From contig CAZHXX010000002.1 in assembly GCA_964536485.1 (NCBI GenBank), positions 18,647-82,646 on the forward strand: DNA of 64,000 bases, given 5' to 3'. The translations under genes were made by a program, and so were the position numbers. Under the pieces are notes generated by a model. The model worked only from the letters and a program-made list of their open reading frames with translations, did not search any database and was not told where the DNA came from. This DNA is from an uncultured Candidatus Saccharibacteria bacterium (GTDB taxonomy: Bacteria; Patescibacteriota; Saccharimonadia; Saccharimonadales; SZUA-47). Positions 35,298 to 45,257 of this stretch are shown piece after piece (position 1 is the stretch's first letter; the number at the start of each line of letters is the position of its first letter).

Positions 35298-36509
35298 ATG
35301 TCTAAGCTACTTGTGGATTTGTTGCATGTGCACGAACGTGACTTCAGGGAAATGATTACTCGGTTAGAGCACGTCTGTTTGTCTCCGGGTGTTGATATTA
35401 GGCTTAGTGCAGAGATTCGTCTAAAAGTAAGGGAAAAATTTCAGCTGTTAGGGCTGGATGTTAACGATACGACAGGAGAAGAGCTGTATTTCGCTTTACG
35501 TGCTAAAGTGATTGACAGTGACACAAAGCTCTTGCAAGCACTAAAGCTGGCAAAAATTTCTCCGCAACAACGAGCCAAAAAACTCAGTGTTCTTGCGAAC
35601 AAGCTTTCTAAGAAGGAGCGAGCACTTAGTATCACCTCTGCCGGATGTCGCCGGATGTTACAGGCGGTTCCTCCAAGGCGCACTCTTAAACTTCTCAAAC
35701 TGCGTTCTTTAGACTCGGTTCTAAAAAGAGAAGACCCTCGTACTTTGTATGCTCTCGCTACCTATATAGAGGATGATTCTTGGAAATCGCAAGTGCACGC
35801 AAAGATGAAACGCTTACAGGCCAAAGACATTGGTTGGCACGTACCAGAAGCAGTCGTGTTGCCTTCGGGGTGGTATGAGAAAGTAGCGCTAGCACTTGGG
35901 TCCCATGGAATGCTCGTTCGTTCTCCTGAAATGGCATTGCTGGTCATGCTCCCAGTCATGAACAACACGCGCCCGGGCCTTTCCCTGTATGCGCTTGGGA
36001 CGCTTTTACAGGCACTGCAACAGTTTTCTATCGAGAGTATGCCCTATATTCAAGCTGGTTTTTTGCAAGGCTACAACAGCGCATTGCCAGAGATTGCGCA
36101 TGGCAAACAGCCGTTTCTTGATACGATTCATGGGTTACGGCCAGCGTGGAGTGCAGTGTATGAACTATTCATGAGGGGCCATTTCACGCAAGAATTTCCT
36201 GATGCGGAGTTAGTGCTGGGCGATATATCTTGGCAAACAGTAGAGATGAAAATAGCTTCATTGATGCCAGATTTTTCTTTCTGGGTAGGGAGCCATTTTC
36301 TCGGAAGTACCGATGAGGGCAACGTTGTCTCGTTTCATTTTCTTGATGTCGCACGAAATACTGCTCTAGATGCAAGTTATGGTTCTCAGTCAAATGCGCA
36401 CCTGGAAGCCTCTTTGTGGAACGAAGTTCAGGTTCGCTATCTACAACAGCAGGCGGTGGCGCGTATGCTTATAAATCAATTACGACGAGAAGAAGTGGAT
36501 GTGATATGA
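35298..36509 (+). CDS. hypothetical protein (403 aa), no recognisable family
   Basis: Long uninterrupted ORF with normal amino-acid composition; SD-like agagagga upstream. Confidence 0.55.
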   Translation: MSKLLVDLLHVHERDFREMITRLEHVCLSPGVDIRLSAEIRLKVREKFQLLGLDVNDTTGEELYFALRAKVIDSDTKLLQALKLAKISPQQRAKKLSVLANKLSKKERALSITSAGCRRMLQAVPPRRTLKLLKLRSLDSVLKREDPRTLYALATYIEDDSWKSQVHAKMKRLQAKDIGWHVPEAVVLPSGWYEKVALALGSHGMLVRSPEMALLVMLPVMNNTRPGLSLYALGTLLQALQQFSIESMPYIQAGFLQGYNSALPEIAHGKQPFLDTIHGLRPAWSAVYELFMRGHFTQEFPDAELVLGDISWQTVEMKIASLMPDFSFWVGSHFLGSTDEGNVVSFHFLDVARNTALDASYGSQSNAHLEASLWNEVQVRYLQQQAVARMLINQLRREEVDVI

Positions 36510-36540
36510 TAAGCACAATCATTATGAAGAGTAACAAAAA

Positions 36541-37206
36541 ATGAAATATTCAATTTGCGTTTCTGGTGCTGCGTCTGGTTCAACTGTGGAGTCTTCTTGT
36601 GGGCTAGCTTATGAAGTTGGAGTAGCAGTTGCCAAGCACGGGCATATCTTAACAACCGGTGCAACCGTGGGAGTGCCTATGTATGCTGCAAAAGGAGCAA
36701 CAGACGCTGGCGGACAAAGCATCGGGTTTAGTCCCGCTGCTAGTCTTCGAGAACATGTAAGTAAGTATCGATTGCCTATTGGGCTGTATGACTATATAAA
36801 CTTCACGGGCATGCACTATATTGGTCGCGATATTCATCTTGTTCAGAGTAGTGATGCGGTTATCACGGTTGGTGGACGCATGGGAAGTTTGCATGAATTT
36901 GCAACTGCTGTTGAAGCACATATGCCATGCGGAATCTTGCTCGGGAGCGGAGGTATTGCTGATTTTATTCCACGAATGCTTGAGGAGCTCGGAGAACTTG
37001 GTAAGCAGGCAGAAGGACTTATTATTTATGACGATGATCCAGCGCGACTTGTCAAAAAAGTGGTCCAAGTCCTCGAAGAAAAGAACAAAGATATTATGCT
37101 TAACAGAGTCAAAGATGAATGGATTATTAAGGCAAGTATCTGTGAGCCGCTAGCCGGTAAGCACGGCTTTCTAAAAGGACAAAGCACCTCAAATCGCATG
37201 GGATAA
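36541..37206 (+). CDS. LOG / TIGR00725-like Rossmann-fold protein (lysine-decarboxylase-like family)
   Basis: 221 aa. ICVSGAASG N-terminus, TTGATVGVPMYAAKGA, AVITVGGRMGSLHEF (GGxGTxxE-like). Family assignment from memory. Confidence 0.55.
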   Translation: MKYSICVSGAASGSTVESSCGLAYEVGVAVAKHGHILTTGATVGVPMYAAKGATDAGGQSIGFSPAASLREHVSKYRLPIGLYDYINFTGMHYIGRDIHLVQSSDAVITVGGRMGSLHEFATAVEAHMPCGILLGSGGIADFIPRMLEELGELGKQAEGLIIYDDDPARLVKKVVQVLEEKNKDIMLNRVKDEWIIKASICEPLAGKHGFLKGQSTSNRMG

Positions 37207-37221
37207 GCTACAATAGTAGCA

Positions 37222-39186
37222 ATGACAAAGTTTAAGATACGATCTGACTACAAGCCCACGGGTGATCAGCCAACAGCTATAGAGACGCTTGTTAGCGGAC
37301 TCGAAAATGGTGAGCGAGAACAAGTGCTCCTTGGTGTTACGGGCTCTGGGAAAACCTTTACAATGGCAAATATCGTTGAGCGAACTCAACGGCCAACACT
37401 TGTGATCTGTCATAACAAAACTCTCGCTGCCCAATTGTACGAAGAATTCAAGAACTTTTTCCCCGATAACGCAGTACACTATTTTGTTAGCTATTTCGAC
37501 TATTACCAGCCTGAAGCTTATGTGCCTCGCTCTGATACGTATATTGAAAAAGATAGTGATATAAACGAAGAAATCGACCGCATGCGACACGCGGCGACGG
37601 ACTCTTTGCTTACGCGCAGAGACACCATAATTGTGGCTAGTGTGTCTTGTATCTACGGCATAGGAAGCCCAAGCGATTACTCAAGTTTGTCCATCAAGCT
37701 TCATGTTGGTGAACGCAAGGTGCGCGATAAGTTTATTCGTCAGCTTACCGACATCCAGTACCAGCGAAATGATATAGATTTTCACCGTGGAACATTTCGC
37801 GTTCGCGGTGATGTGATTGATATTTTCCCGGCTGCGGAAGAGGTTGCATATAGAGTTGAGTTTTTTGGTGATGAAATAGAGGCAATCACTAAAATGGATG
37901 CACTTACCGGCGAAGTACTTAGCAAACCGAAGGAATTCACTATTTTCCCAAGCAGTCACTATGTTACTCCACAAGAAAAATTAAAAGTAGCACTCGGTAA
38001 AATAGAGCATGAGCTAGAAGAGCGAGTGGCATTTTTTGAAAAAGAAGGCAAGTTGCTTGAAGCCCAGCGTCTCAAACAGCGTACTAATTTTGATCTGGAG
38101 ATGCTCCAAGAAACAGGTTTTGTGAAGGGTATCGAAAACTATAGTCGTTATTTGACTGACCGCGAAGAAGGCGAGCAACCCGCAACACTCCTTGACTATT
38201 ACCCTGACGACTATCTCTTACTTATCGATGAATCGCATATGACTATGCCACAGATCCGTGGCATGTATAACGGAGATAGGGCGCGCAAAGAAGTGCTTGT
38301 TGACTACGGCTTCCGGCTTCCAAGTGCTCTCGATAATCGCCCTCTAACATTCACTGAGTTTGAGCGACATATGAACCAGGCTATTTATGTGAGCGCAACG
38401 CCTGCGGAATACGAATTATCACGTAGCCCGGCACCTGCCCAGCAAGTCATACGCCCGACAGGGCTACTCGATCCAAAAATTGAAGTACGGCCTATTGAGC
38501 ACCAGGTAGATGATTTGATTGCAGAAATACGGGACACTATTGCGAAGCACCAGCGGGTGCTGGTGACAACTTTGACGAAGCGGATGAGTGAAGATTTAAC
38601 CGAGTACTTACAGGAACTCGGTATGAAAGTTGCATACCTGCATAGTGAAGTAGATACACTTGATAGAACGGATATATTGCGAGATTTACGCATGGGTGTT
38701 TACGATGTATTGGTTGGCATTAACTTGTTGCGTGAAGGCTTGGATCTTCCCGAGGTAAGCCTTGTAGCCATACTTGATGCTGATAAAGAAGGCTTTTTGC
38801 GAAGTGAATCCGCGCTTGTGCAAACGATCGGACGAGCGGCTCGTCATGAAGAAGGCCGAGTTATTATGTACGCAGATGTTATGACAAAGAGCTTAACTGC
38901 TGCAATTAGTGAAACGAATCGTCGGCGTAAATTGCAAGAAGACTTTAATAGAGCACACGGCATTACGCCGACGAGCGTTAAGAAGCTCATTGCTGAACGT
39001 ATGAGCAAGGAAGAGTCTGTTACTGATAAGAAAAAGCACCTCGACTTGAGGAAGATACCAAAAGAAGAGTATGCGACACTTATGAAAGATCTAGAGAGAC
39101 AAATGCACCTTGCAAGTGCGAATCTAGAGTTTGAAAAAGCAGCTGAGCTACGTGACCTCATCCAAGAAGTAAAAGATAAGCTTTAG
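37222..39186 (+). CDS. uvrB: excinuclease ABC subunit B
   Basis: 654 aa. GVTGSGKT, beta-hairpin region [10 protein letters not shown], helicase motifs, C-terminal UVR (FEKAAELRD). Confidence 0.95.
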   Translation: MTKFKIRSDYKPTGDQPTAIETLVSGLENGEREQVLLGVTGSGKTFTMANIVERTQRPTLVICHNKTLAAQLYEEFKNFFPDNAVHYFVSYFDYYQPEAYVPRSDTYIEKDSDINEEIDRMRHAATDSLLTRRDTIIVASVSCIYGIGSPSDYSSLSIKLHVGERKVRDKFIRQLTDIQYQRNDIDFHRGTFRVRGDVIDIFPAAEEVAYRVEFFGDEIEAITKMDALTGEVLSKPKEFTIFPSSHYVTPQEKLKVALGKIEHELEERVAFFEKEGKLLEAQRLKQRTNFDLEMLQETGFVKGIENYSRYLTDREEGEQPATLLDYYPDDYLLLIDESHMTMPQIRGMYNGDRARKEVLVDYGFRLPSALDNRPLTFTEFERHMNQAIYVSATPAEYELSRSPAPAQQVIRPTGLLDPKIEVRPIEHQVDDLIAEIRDTIAKHQRVLVTTLTKRMSEDLTEYLQELGMKVAYLHSEVDTLDRTDILRDLRMGVYDVLVGINLLREGLDLPEVSLVAILDADKEGFLRSESALVQTIGRAARHEEGRVIMYADVMTKSLTAAISETNRRRKLQEDFNRAHGITPTSVKKLIAERMSKEESVTDKKKHLDLRKIPKEEYATLMKDLERQMHLASANLEFEKAAELRDLIQEVKDKL

Positions 39187-39405
39187 CAAAAACTACATAA
39201 ATAATTAAATTGACATTCGTGCAACGACAAGAGTAATCTCTTATTAAAGACGGAGTAATCGTTCTTAATTGCTGTCTGCAAATAGAATGAGGTGGTAGTT
39301 CTGGCTTGTACATCAAAGCAAATAAGTTTTGTAATGTCTGAGGTAACAGCCAAGGCCTGTCTTAAGACGGAGCAAAAATAGTGAAGATAACGGAGGTGTT
39401 TATAA

Positions 39406-42400
39406 ATGTATAAGATGAATGGTGTAAAACAACTATCGAGAATCTTAGTCTCAGGCATTCTCCTAAGTGCGCAAATTATTCCATACTTTTCCTTAAACAC
39501 GCAAAAAGCATCAGCGGCAACAAGTAGCGTCAGAATTTGTCACGTAAATAATAATGTGAACTCTCCTTATGTAAGTTTGTCAGTAAGTGCTGATTCGGTT
39601 GATGGTTTAGGAGCTGGCGATCACTACCTCGAGCACACCGGCCCAATTGCAACGAGCGTTTCTGTCGCACAGCAATTTAAAGATAATCATGAAAGTTGGG
39701 GAGATATTATTCCTCCGGTCCCTGGTGTTCATGCTGGGCTTAACTGGACAAGTGTTGGTCAAGCCATATGGAATGCTAACTGTAGTATTACTACTATTGA
39801 GGTAAAAAAAGTACTTGTGCCAGCAAATGATCCAGGATTGTTTAATCTTAAGATTGAAGGCTCTGTCTATGCCACAAACATCGGCAACAATGGGACAACC
39901 GGTGCAATTTATATTGACGATACCCAAGACATCAGTGTTGGCGAAACAGCCGGAACCTCAACTGCTCTTGGCGATTATTCAACCAGTATCGTGTGTAAGA
40001 ATGATAATGGAAATGGGGCTATAGTAGAGACGGGGAACCCGGCGAGTGTTAATAGCCGTGATGACACTATCTCGAATCTCGATATTAGTGCAGGGGATGC
40101 CATAGTTTGCGTATTTACGAACACCCGTCTCTTTGGTACGCTCGTCGTTAATAAAATTCTCAATCAAGATAATGGCGGGAACAAGACCGCGAGTGATTTT
40201 AGCTTTACTGTATCTAATTATAATAGCGGAAATCCAATTGCATTTGAGTCCGATGGGTCAAATTCTTTGCAGGTACCTATTGGCACCTATAGTGTTGTTG
40301 AGACAGCTACTCCTGGTTACGACGTAACTTATCAGACGTGTAGTGATATTACGATTACAGCAAACACATCAAAGACCTGTACGATTACAAATACTTCGCA
40401 ACCCGCATACCTTACAGTGACAAAAGTAGTACAGAATAATAATGGAGGCAATGCGCAACCAGATGATTTTGGACTTACCGTAAATGGCAAACTAGTACTT
40501 TCAGGCCAGAAAAAGGCCTATTTAGCAGGAACGCCACTTACTCTTGATGAAACGCAACTTCCTGGCTATGAATTTGTTTCTATCACCGGCGACGAAGCTT
40601 GTCCGTCAGCGCTCGATGGTTCTCTGACACTTCAGCCAGGTGATGATATTTCTTGCACGATTACTAACAAAGACGTTGCACCAACTGTAACTATTGTTAA
40701 GAAAGTGATAAATGATAACGGTGGTACCCTCACGGCAAACGATTTTGGTATTAGCATGAATGACTCTGCGGTAAGTTTTGGTACTCCCCAAGTAAACGGC
40801 TTCACGAGTACTTATACTGCAACGCAAGCTGTGACGGCAAACACTACAATTGTACTTTCGGAAGAAGACACACCTGGGTATAGCGAGGGGAGTTGGAGCT
40901 GCACAAACAGTGAGACAGTGATTATATTTACTATCTCATTTCTGCTAGAAGAAGGACAAAACATTACTTGTACTGTTACTAACAACGACCAGGCTCCAGC
41001 TTTGTCGCTTATTAAGAATGTCGTAAATAGTTATGGCGGAAACACCACCGCAGACGCGTGGACGCTTATAGCTCAGCATGCAAACGATACGCCAGTTATT
41101 GCACAACAGGGAATGATTGCTCCGCAAAGTAATGGCCAACAGGCGGCTACACCTCTTGTTCCTGTCGAATCAGGAGTCTTTTATACCTTGTCAGAGTCTA
41201 ATGGTCCAACAGGCTATGTCGCAGGCGAATGGACGTGTGAAGGTGGCGAGCTGGTAAATGGCGCAGTCAAACTCGTGTACGGTACAAAAGTATTTTGTTC
41301 AATTACAAATACTGAAGTACGCCCGACGCTCACGGTAGTGAAGTACGCAACCAATGATAATGGTGGCACCATGCAGGCAGATGATTTTACGCTGTATGTG
41401 AACAATGAAGAGTTGACTGATCCTGAAGTAAGTGAAGAGGTGGAAGGTACCTCAAGTGCACTCTACGAGCTTCCCCTCTACAGTAATGCTGAATATAACG
41501 TTTCGGAGAGTGAAGTTCCTGGGTATGAGAATACGTCGATCGACTGTATGGATGTGACAAACGGTCTCGAAGACGCACCAGCACTCAGCCAGCCATTTAC
41601 CGCCTCCTCAGGCATGAAAGTACGCTGTGAGGTGTACAATAACGACAAAGCACCTGTTGTTCATGTGACAAAAACTACCGAAGGAGAAGAATGCTTTTAT
41701 GATGAATCATGGTACGACGAAGAAAACTGGTGTGAGGGTGAGCGATTCAACTTCACTATGAATCTCGGTGGTGAAGAATATACCGACTTTGGCCTCGGCA
41801 ATGGTGATGAGTTCACGACAGAGAGCGATATGAAGGCCGGAGTCGTTGAGGTGACTGAAGCTGAAACTGAAGGCTGGTTCCTTGTTGAGGCAAACTGCTA
41901 CAGCTATGCTAACGACAATATGATGGAATATCTTAGCACTACTTTTAAGACTGAGATAGGGAAAGAATACTACTGCGATTTCTATAACGAAAAAGCAGGG
42001 CAAGTTATCGTAACGAAGTTTCACGATTATGATGAAGACGGTGAGTGGGATGAAGGCGAACCTGCGCTCTCTGACTGGGAGATGACCTTAACGCCTCATA
42101 GCTATTGCGAAGGGAGTCTCTCAAAAATAACTGCGGTGCAGGCAATTGATAGTGTTGTGCTTGATAATTGTGAGCAGCCCAAAGTTGTATCAATGAAAGA
42201 GACTACTGACGAAGACGGTGAAGCCCTTTTTGATGGGTTACGTCGAGGGCGGTATGACGTCGACGAAATTATGCAAGACGGCTGGGTGCAATCTTCGATT
42301 TACTGCGAAAATGACTGGGATAAAGTAGTTCGTATATCAAGTGAGCAACAGAAAATGAGCCACAGTGTGTATGTACGACCAGGCCAGACAGCTTACTGTT

Positions 42401-43041
42401 ATGTCGGGAACTATAAAGAGCCACAAGTTTCAATAGAGAAGACTAACAATACGACAGGTCCAGTACTGCGTGGGACTCAGATTACCTTTACGATAGTTAT
42501 AACCGTACCTGGCGTCGCTACAAGCGGGATTCTGCATGGCACATATAATGGATCAACCTACGTTCCGGTTACTGTGTTTGATGAGTTCACTAACGAATTT
42601 GAATATATTATAGGAAGCTACACGGCTGTCTCAAGCATCCGAGGCGATCTAAAAGCGCAAGGTATCGTGACTGATCCAAATTATGCATCACCAGGAACTT
42701 GGAACTTAACTTCAGAAACATCAAATGATGTTTTGCCAGGTGAGGTGATTACGCTTACCTACAAGGGAATCGTAGAGCCGAACGCACCTGCTGCGAAGTA
42801 TAAAACAACAGCAACTGTAACGGGTTACGGCGATACGATCACTGTTCAAGTGAGCGATACGGACGATGACCAAGTACTTGTGTACGTTCCTGCAGTACTA
42901 GGTACTTCTACGACGGCAAAAAAACAGCTCGCATCCACCGGAAGTAACGCGGTATATGCACTTATTTTAGGATGTAGCGTGATCGCAGTGAGCTGGCAGG
43001 TGTCTAGGCTATCAAAGAAACAACCAGCATCGTCAAAATAG
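39406..43041 (+). CDS. LAXTG-anchored multidomain cell-surface protein (tandem prealbumin/Cna-B/DUF11-like Ig-fold domains)
   Basis: 1211 aa. Signal peptide (...QKASA/ATSS), N-terminal ICH..NSPY..GDIIPP..NW..C module, about 9 consecutive beta-rich domains, C-terminal LASTG (42928-42942) + hydrophobic helix + KKQ. ggaggtg SD. Confidence 0.85.
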   Translation: MYKMNGVKQLSRILVSGILLSAQIIPYFSLNTQKASAATSSVRICHVNNNVNSPYVSLSVSADSVDGLGAGDHYLEHTGPIATSVSVAQQFKDNHESWGDIIPPVPGVHAGLNWTSVGQAIWNANCSITTIEVKKVLVPANDPGLFNLKIEGSVYATNIGNNGTTGAIYIDDTQDISVGETAGTSTALGDYSTSIVCKNDNGNGAIVETGNPASVNSRDDTISNLDISAGDAIVCVFTNTRLFGTLVVNKILNQDNGGNKTASDFSFTVSNYNSGNPIAFESDGSNSLQVPIGTYSVVETATPGYDVTYQTCSDITITANTSKTCTITNTSQPAYLTVTKVVQNNNGGNAQPDDFGLTVNGKLVLSGQKKAYLAGTPLTLDETQLPGYEFVSITGDEACPSALDGSLTLQPGDDISCTITNKDVAPTVTIVKKVINDNGGTLTANDFGISMNDSAVSFGTPQVNGFTSTYTATQAVTANTTIVLSEEDTPGYSEGSWSCTNSETVIIFTISFLLEEGQNITCTVTNNDQAPALSLIKNVVNSYGGNTTADAWTLIAQHANDTPVIAQQGMIAPQSNGQQAATPLVPVESGVFYTLSESNGPTGYVAGEWTCEGGELVNGAVKLVYGTKVFCSITNTEVRPTLTVVKYATNDNGGTMQADDFTLYVNNEELTDPEVSEEVEGTSSALYELPLYSNAEYNVSESEVPGYENTSIDCMDVTNGLEDAPALSQPFTASSGMKVRCEVYNNDKAPVVHVTKTTEGEECFYDESWYDEENWCEGERFNFTMNLGGEEYTDFGLGNGDEFTTESDMKAGVVEVTEAETEGWFLVEANCYSYANDNMMEYLSTTFKTEIGKEYYCDFYNEKAGQVIVTKFHDYDEDGEWDEGEPALSDWEMTLTPHSYCEGSLSKITAVQAIDSVVLDNCEQPKVVSMKETTDEDGEALFDGLRRGRYDVDEIMQDGWVQSSIYCENDWDKVVRISSEQQKMSHSVYVRPGQTAYCYVGNYKEPQVSIEKTNNTTGPVLRGTQITFTIVITVPGVATSGILHGTYNGSTYVPVTVFDEFTNEFEYIIGSYTAVSSIRGDLKAQGIVTDPNYASPGTWNLTSETSNDVLPGEVITLTYKGIVEPNAPAAKYKTTATVTGYGDTITVQVSDTDDDQVLVYVPAVLGTSTTAKKQLASTGSNAVYALILGCSVIAVSWQVSRLSKKQPASSK
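40135..41652 (+). repeat. five tandem protein-domain repeats (about 90-110 aa each) inside the surface protein
   Basis: Units start at 40135, 40405, 40681, 40996 and 41323. Each opens with (T/S)hxhhKxhxNxxGG(N/T)xxxxDF/W and closes with C(T/S/E)hxN. Similarity is at protein level, not as an identical DNA repeat. Confidence 0.7.
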
Positions 43042-43077
43042 CGTGCTGTGTCTGTTGCCTCAAACTAGCAAATCCCA

Positions 43078-43107
43078 TTGATAACAGGGGCCCTCGTCAG
43101 CTATACT
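43078..43107 (+). promoter_or_regulatory. sigma70-type promoter TTGATA-18-TATACT, 7 nt from the gatC ATG
   Basis: -35 at 43078-83, -10 at 43102-07, ATG 43115, no SD in between. Confidence 0.55.
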
Positions 43108-43114
43108 ACAGTAA

Positions 43115-43414
43115 ATGGCTCAGTTAACACGCGAACACATACTCAAGCTTGCTCGTCTTAGTCGACTTGAGCTTAAGGAAAATGAGATTGAGCAATATCT
43201 TAGTGAATTGCAGGCTATTTTGGCCTATGTTGAAAGGCTTGATGCAGTCGATGTATCGGGGCTTGCGCCTACTTACCAAGTAAGTGGCTTACGCAATACG
43301 CCTGATAGTATGCGCACTGATGAGGTAAAAAAACAGCTCGCATCTCCAGGAGAGCTTTTAAAGGGAGTCCCTCGCTCAAAAGACGGCTATATACAAGTCG
43401 GTAGGATGATATAA
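43115..43414 (+). CDS. gatC: Asp/Glu-tRNA amidotransferase subunit C
   Basis: 99 aa. ILKLARLSRLEL...YVERLDAVDVSG. Confidence 0.9.
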   Translation: MAQLTREHILKLARLSRLELKENEIEQYLSELQAILAYVERLDAVDVSGLAPTYQVSGLRNTPDSMRTDEVKKQLASPGELLKGVPRSKDGYIQVGRMI

Positions 43415-43416
43415 CT

Positions 43417-44850
43417 ATGCAGTTCGAAGGATGGAAGCCACTGACTGAATTGGTAAGCGATGTACTTAGCGGCAATGTTACTGCCCAAGCGCTTGTTGAA
43501 GAGGCGCTCCTACGCATAGAAAGACTCAATCCTGACTATCAAGCAGTAATTAGCGTCCTCGACGCACGCGCAAAAGAACGCGCAGAAGCTGTCGATAAGC
43601 TCGTAAAATCGGGGAACTTTAAGGGTAAGCTTGCTGGCATACCATTTATTGCAAAAGATAATTATCTTGTTTTTGGCGGTGAAACAACTGCAGCTAGCAA
43701 TATGCTCAAAGGATTTGTTGCTCCATACCAAGCGACTGCTATTGAAAAGCTGGAGGCAGAAGGAGCTATATGTGTCGCGAAAGCTAATCTTGATGCTTTT
43801 GCCCATGGTGGCTCGACTGAAAACAGTGACTTTTTTGTGACAAAAAATCCTTACGACACTACACGTGTTGCGGGCGGAAGTAGTGGTGGGTCTGCTGCGA
43901 GTATCGCGCTGGGACTTGTGCCTTTTGCTCTCGGGACAGATACTGGTGGTTCGATTCGACAGCCTGCAAGCTATTGTGGCGTCGTTGGGCTTAAGCCAAC
44001 GTATGGTTTGGTGAGCAGAAGCGGTGTTGTTGCAATGGCAAGCAGTACTGACGTGCTCGGCCCGTTTGCTCGTACAGTGCAAGATGCTGCGCTGGTGCTT
44101 GAGTGCATGGCTGGAAAAGACGAGCTCGACGGAACAACTATTGAACGAGATGAAATGCCGTACACACAAATCAACGCCTCACTCAAAGGTGCAAAAGTGG
44201 GCATTATTAAGGAATACCTGGCGGAAGGTGTTGATAACGAAGTAAAAGAAGCAGTTCTTGAAGCGATTGAGAAAATGAAAAAGGCCGGAGCTGAGGTGAA
44301 AGAAATAAGTCTTCCAAGCCTTCCGTTGGCGCTTGCTGTCTACTACATTGTTGTGCCTGCAGAGCTTAGTTCTAACTTGGCTCGTCACGACGGTCAACGA
44401 TTCCAGTATTCCGCTCCTGATACAGCAACACTTGAAGAAAGTTACTTACATAGTAGAAGTAATGGCTTTGGAGCAGAGGCAAAACGACGAATCATGATTG
44501 GCACGCATGTGCTTAGTTCCGGCTACTACGATGCCTACTATAAAAAAGCTCAGACGGTACGGACAAAACTCATACAAGAGTTTGAGTCGGCTTTTCATGA
44601 TGTAGATTTTTTGGTTGGGCCGGTTGCTCCGTCGACGGCATTTAAGATTGGCGAAAATGTGAACGATCCAGTTAAAATGTACGTGCAAGATATCATGACC
44701 GTTGCTGCTAACTTGACGGGTGTTCCAGCGATAAGCATACCTCTCCCTGTTGGTGATACTCTGCCTGTAGGTTTACAGGTTATGTCTGCGCAACAAAAGG
44801 ATAGAGAGCTTTTGAGTATAGCAACAGACATTGAAGGAGTGCTGAGATGA
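43417..44850 (+). CDS. gatA: Asp/Glu-tRNA amidotransferase subunit A
   Basis: 477 aa. Amidase signature GGSSGGSAASIA, GTDTGGSIRQPAS. Confidence 0.95.
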   Translation: MQFEGWKPLTELVSDVLSGNVTAQALVEEALLRIERLNPDYQAVISVLDARAKERAEAVDKLVKSGNFKGKLAGIPFIAKDNYLVFGGETTAASNMLKGFVAPYQATAIEKLEAEGAICVAKANLDAFAHGGSTENSDFFVTKNPYDTTRVAGGSSGGSAASIALGLVPFALGTDTGGSIRQPASYCGVVGLKPTYGLVSRSGVVAMASSTDVLGPFARTVQDAALVLECMAGKDELDGTTIERDEMPYTQINASLKGAKVGIIKEYLAEGVDNEVKEAVLEAIEKMKKAGAEVKEISLPSLPLALAVYYIVVPAELSSNLARHDGQRFQYSAPDTATLEESYLHSRSNGFGAEAKRRIMIGTHVLSSGYYDAYYKKAQTVRTKLIQEFESAFHDVDFLVGPVAPSTAFKIGENVNDPVKMYVQDIMTVAANLTGVPAISIPLPVGDTLPVGLQVMSAQQKDRELLSIATDIEGVLR

Positions 44851-45257
44851 GTCCAGAAGCACTTACCGCACTTGGTTTGGGTGCCGTCGTTGTACTGACG
44901 ATACTATTTTTCGCATTACGTAAATTTCCCAAGCGAGTGAAGTCGAGCCATTATATAAAAAAGTGGCGAGAAATTCAGAAACTTTGCGCGAACAAAGACG
45001 ATTGGCCACATGCGGTGGTGCATGCAGACATGCTTCTTGACGAAGTGATGAAAAAGAAAAAAATCGGTGGCAAAACAACAGGTGAGAGAATGGTAAATGC
45101 CCAGAAAAAGTTTAGTGCCAACGATAGTGTCTGGAATGCGCACAAGCTCGCAAATTCAATCCGCCAGGAAGCAGAGAAGACGATTACGGAATCGGTCGTA
45201 AAAGATACTTTGATAGCCTTTAGGCAAGCGTTGCGTGATTTAGGAGCGATAAAATAA
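44847..45257 (+). CDS. membrane-anchored hypothetical protein (136 aa) inserted between gatA and gatB
   Basis: ATG overlaps the gatA stop (ATGA) and its TAA overlaps the gatB ATG (TAATG). One N-terminal TM then a Lys-rich helical domain. Confidence 0.6.
   Translation: MSPEALTALGLGAVVVLTILFFALRKFPKRVKSSHYIKKWREIQKLCANKDDWPHAVVHADMLLDEVMKKKKIGGKTTGERMVNAQKKFSANDSVWNAHKLANSIRQEAEKTITESVVKDTLIAFRQALRDLGAIK

Noticed and set aside
37203-37221. ATAAGCTACAATAGTAG upstream of uvrB versus ATAAGCTATACTAGTAG upstream of dnaE (48554-48570), considered as a shared SOS/LexA-type operator. It contains GCTAC-N4-GTAGC and TACTAGTA palindromes.
   Set aside because: Most of the shared bases are the general local promoter consensus (gcTAyAmTA), which is also seen at gatC, the nusA leader and others. 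The two palindromes differ in form and match no LexA box I know. Still worth a genome-wide motif search, but not supportable from this window.
39330-39372. CAGCCAAGGC string, reminiscent of the SRP (4.5S) RNA domain IV 3' strand.
   Set aside because: No GNRA tetraloop, no matching 5' strand (GGUCC-type), and I could not fold a helix 8. A 10-nt match alone is within chance expectation.
39183-39500. 105-aa minus-strand ORF spanning the surface-protein leader and start.
   Set aside because: It overlaps the signal-peptide coding region antisense, has an AT-rich and odd composition, and has no start context.
44847-45257. Possible HEPN-like motif in the gatA/gatB insert (AHKLANSIRQE resembles AHxxRNxxxH).
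   Set aside because: The defining Rx4-6H residues are not present (LANSIRQE). The resemblance is from memory only, so no nuclease call is justified.
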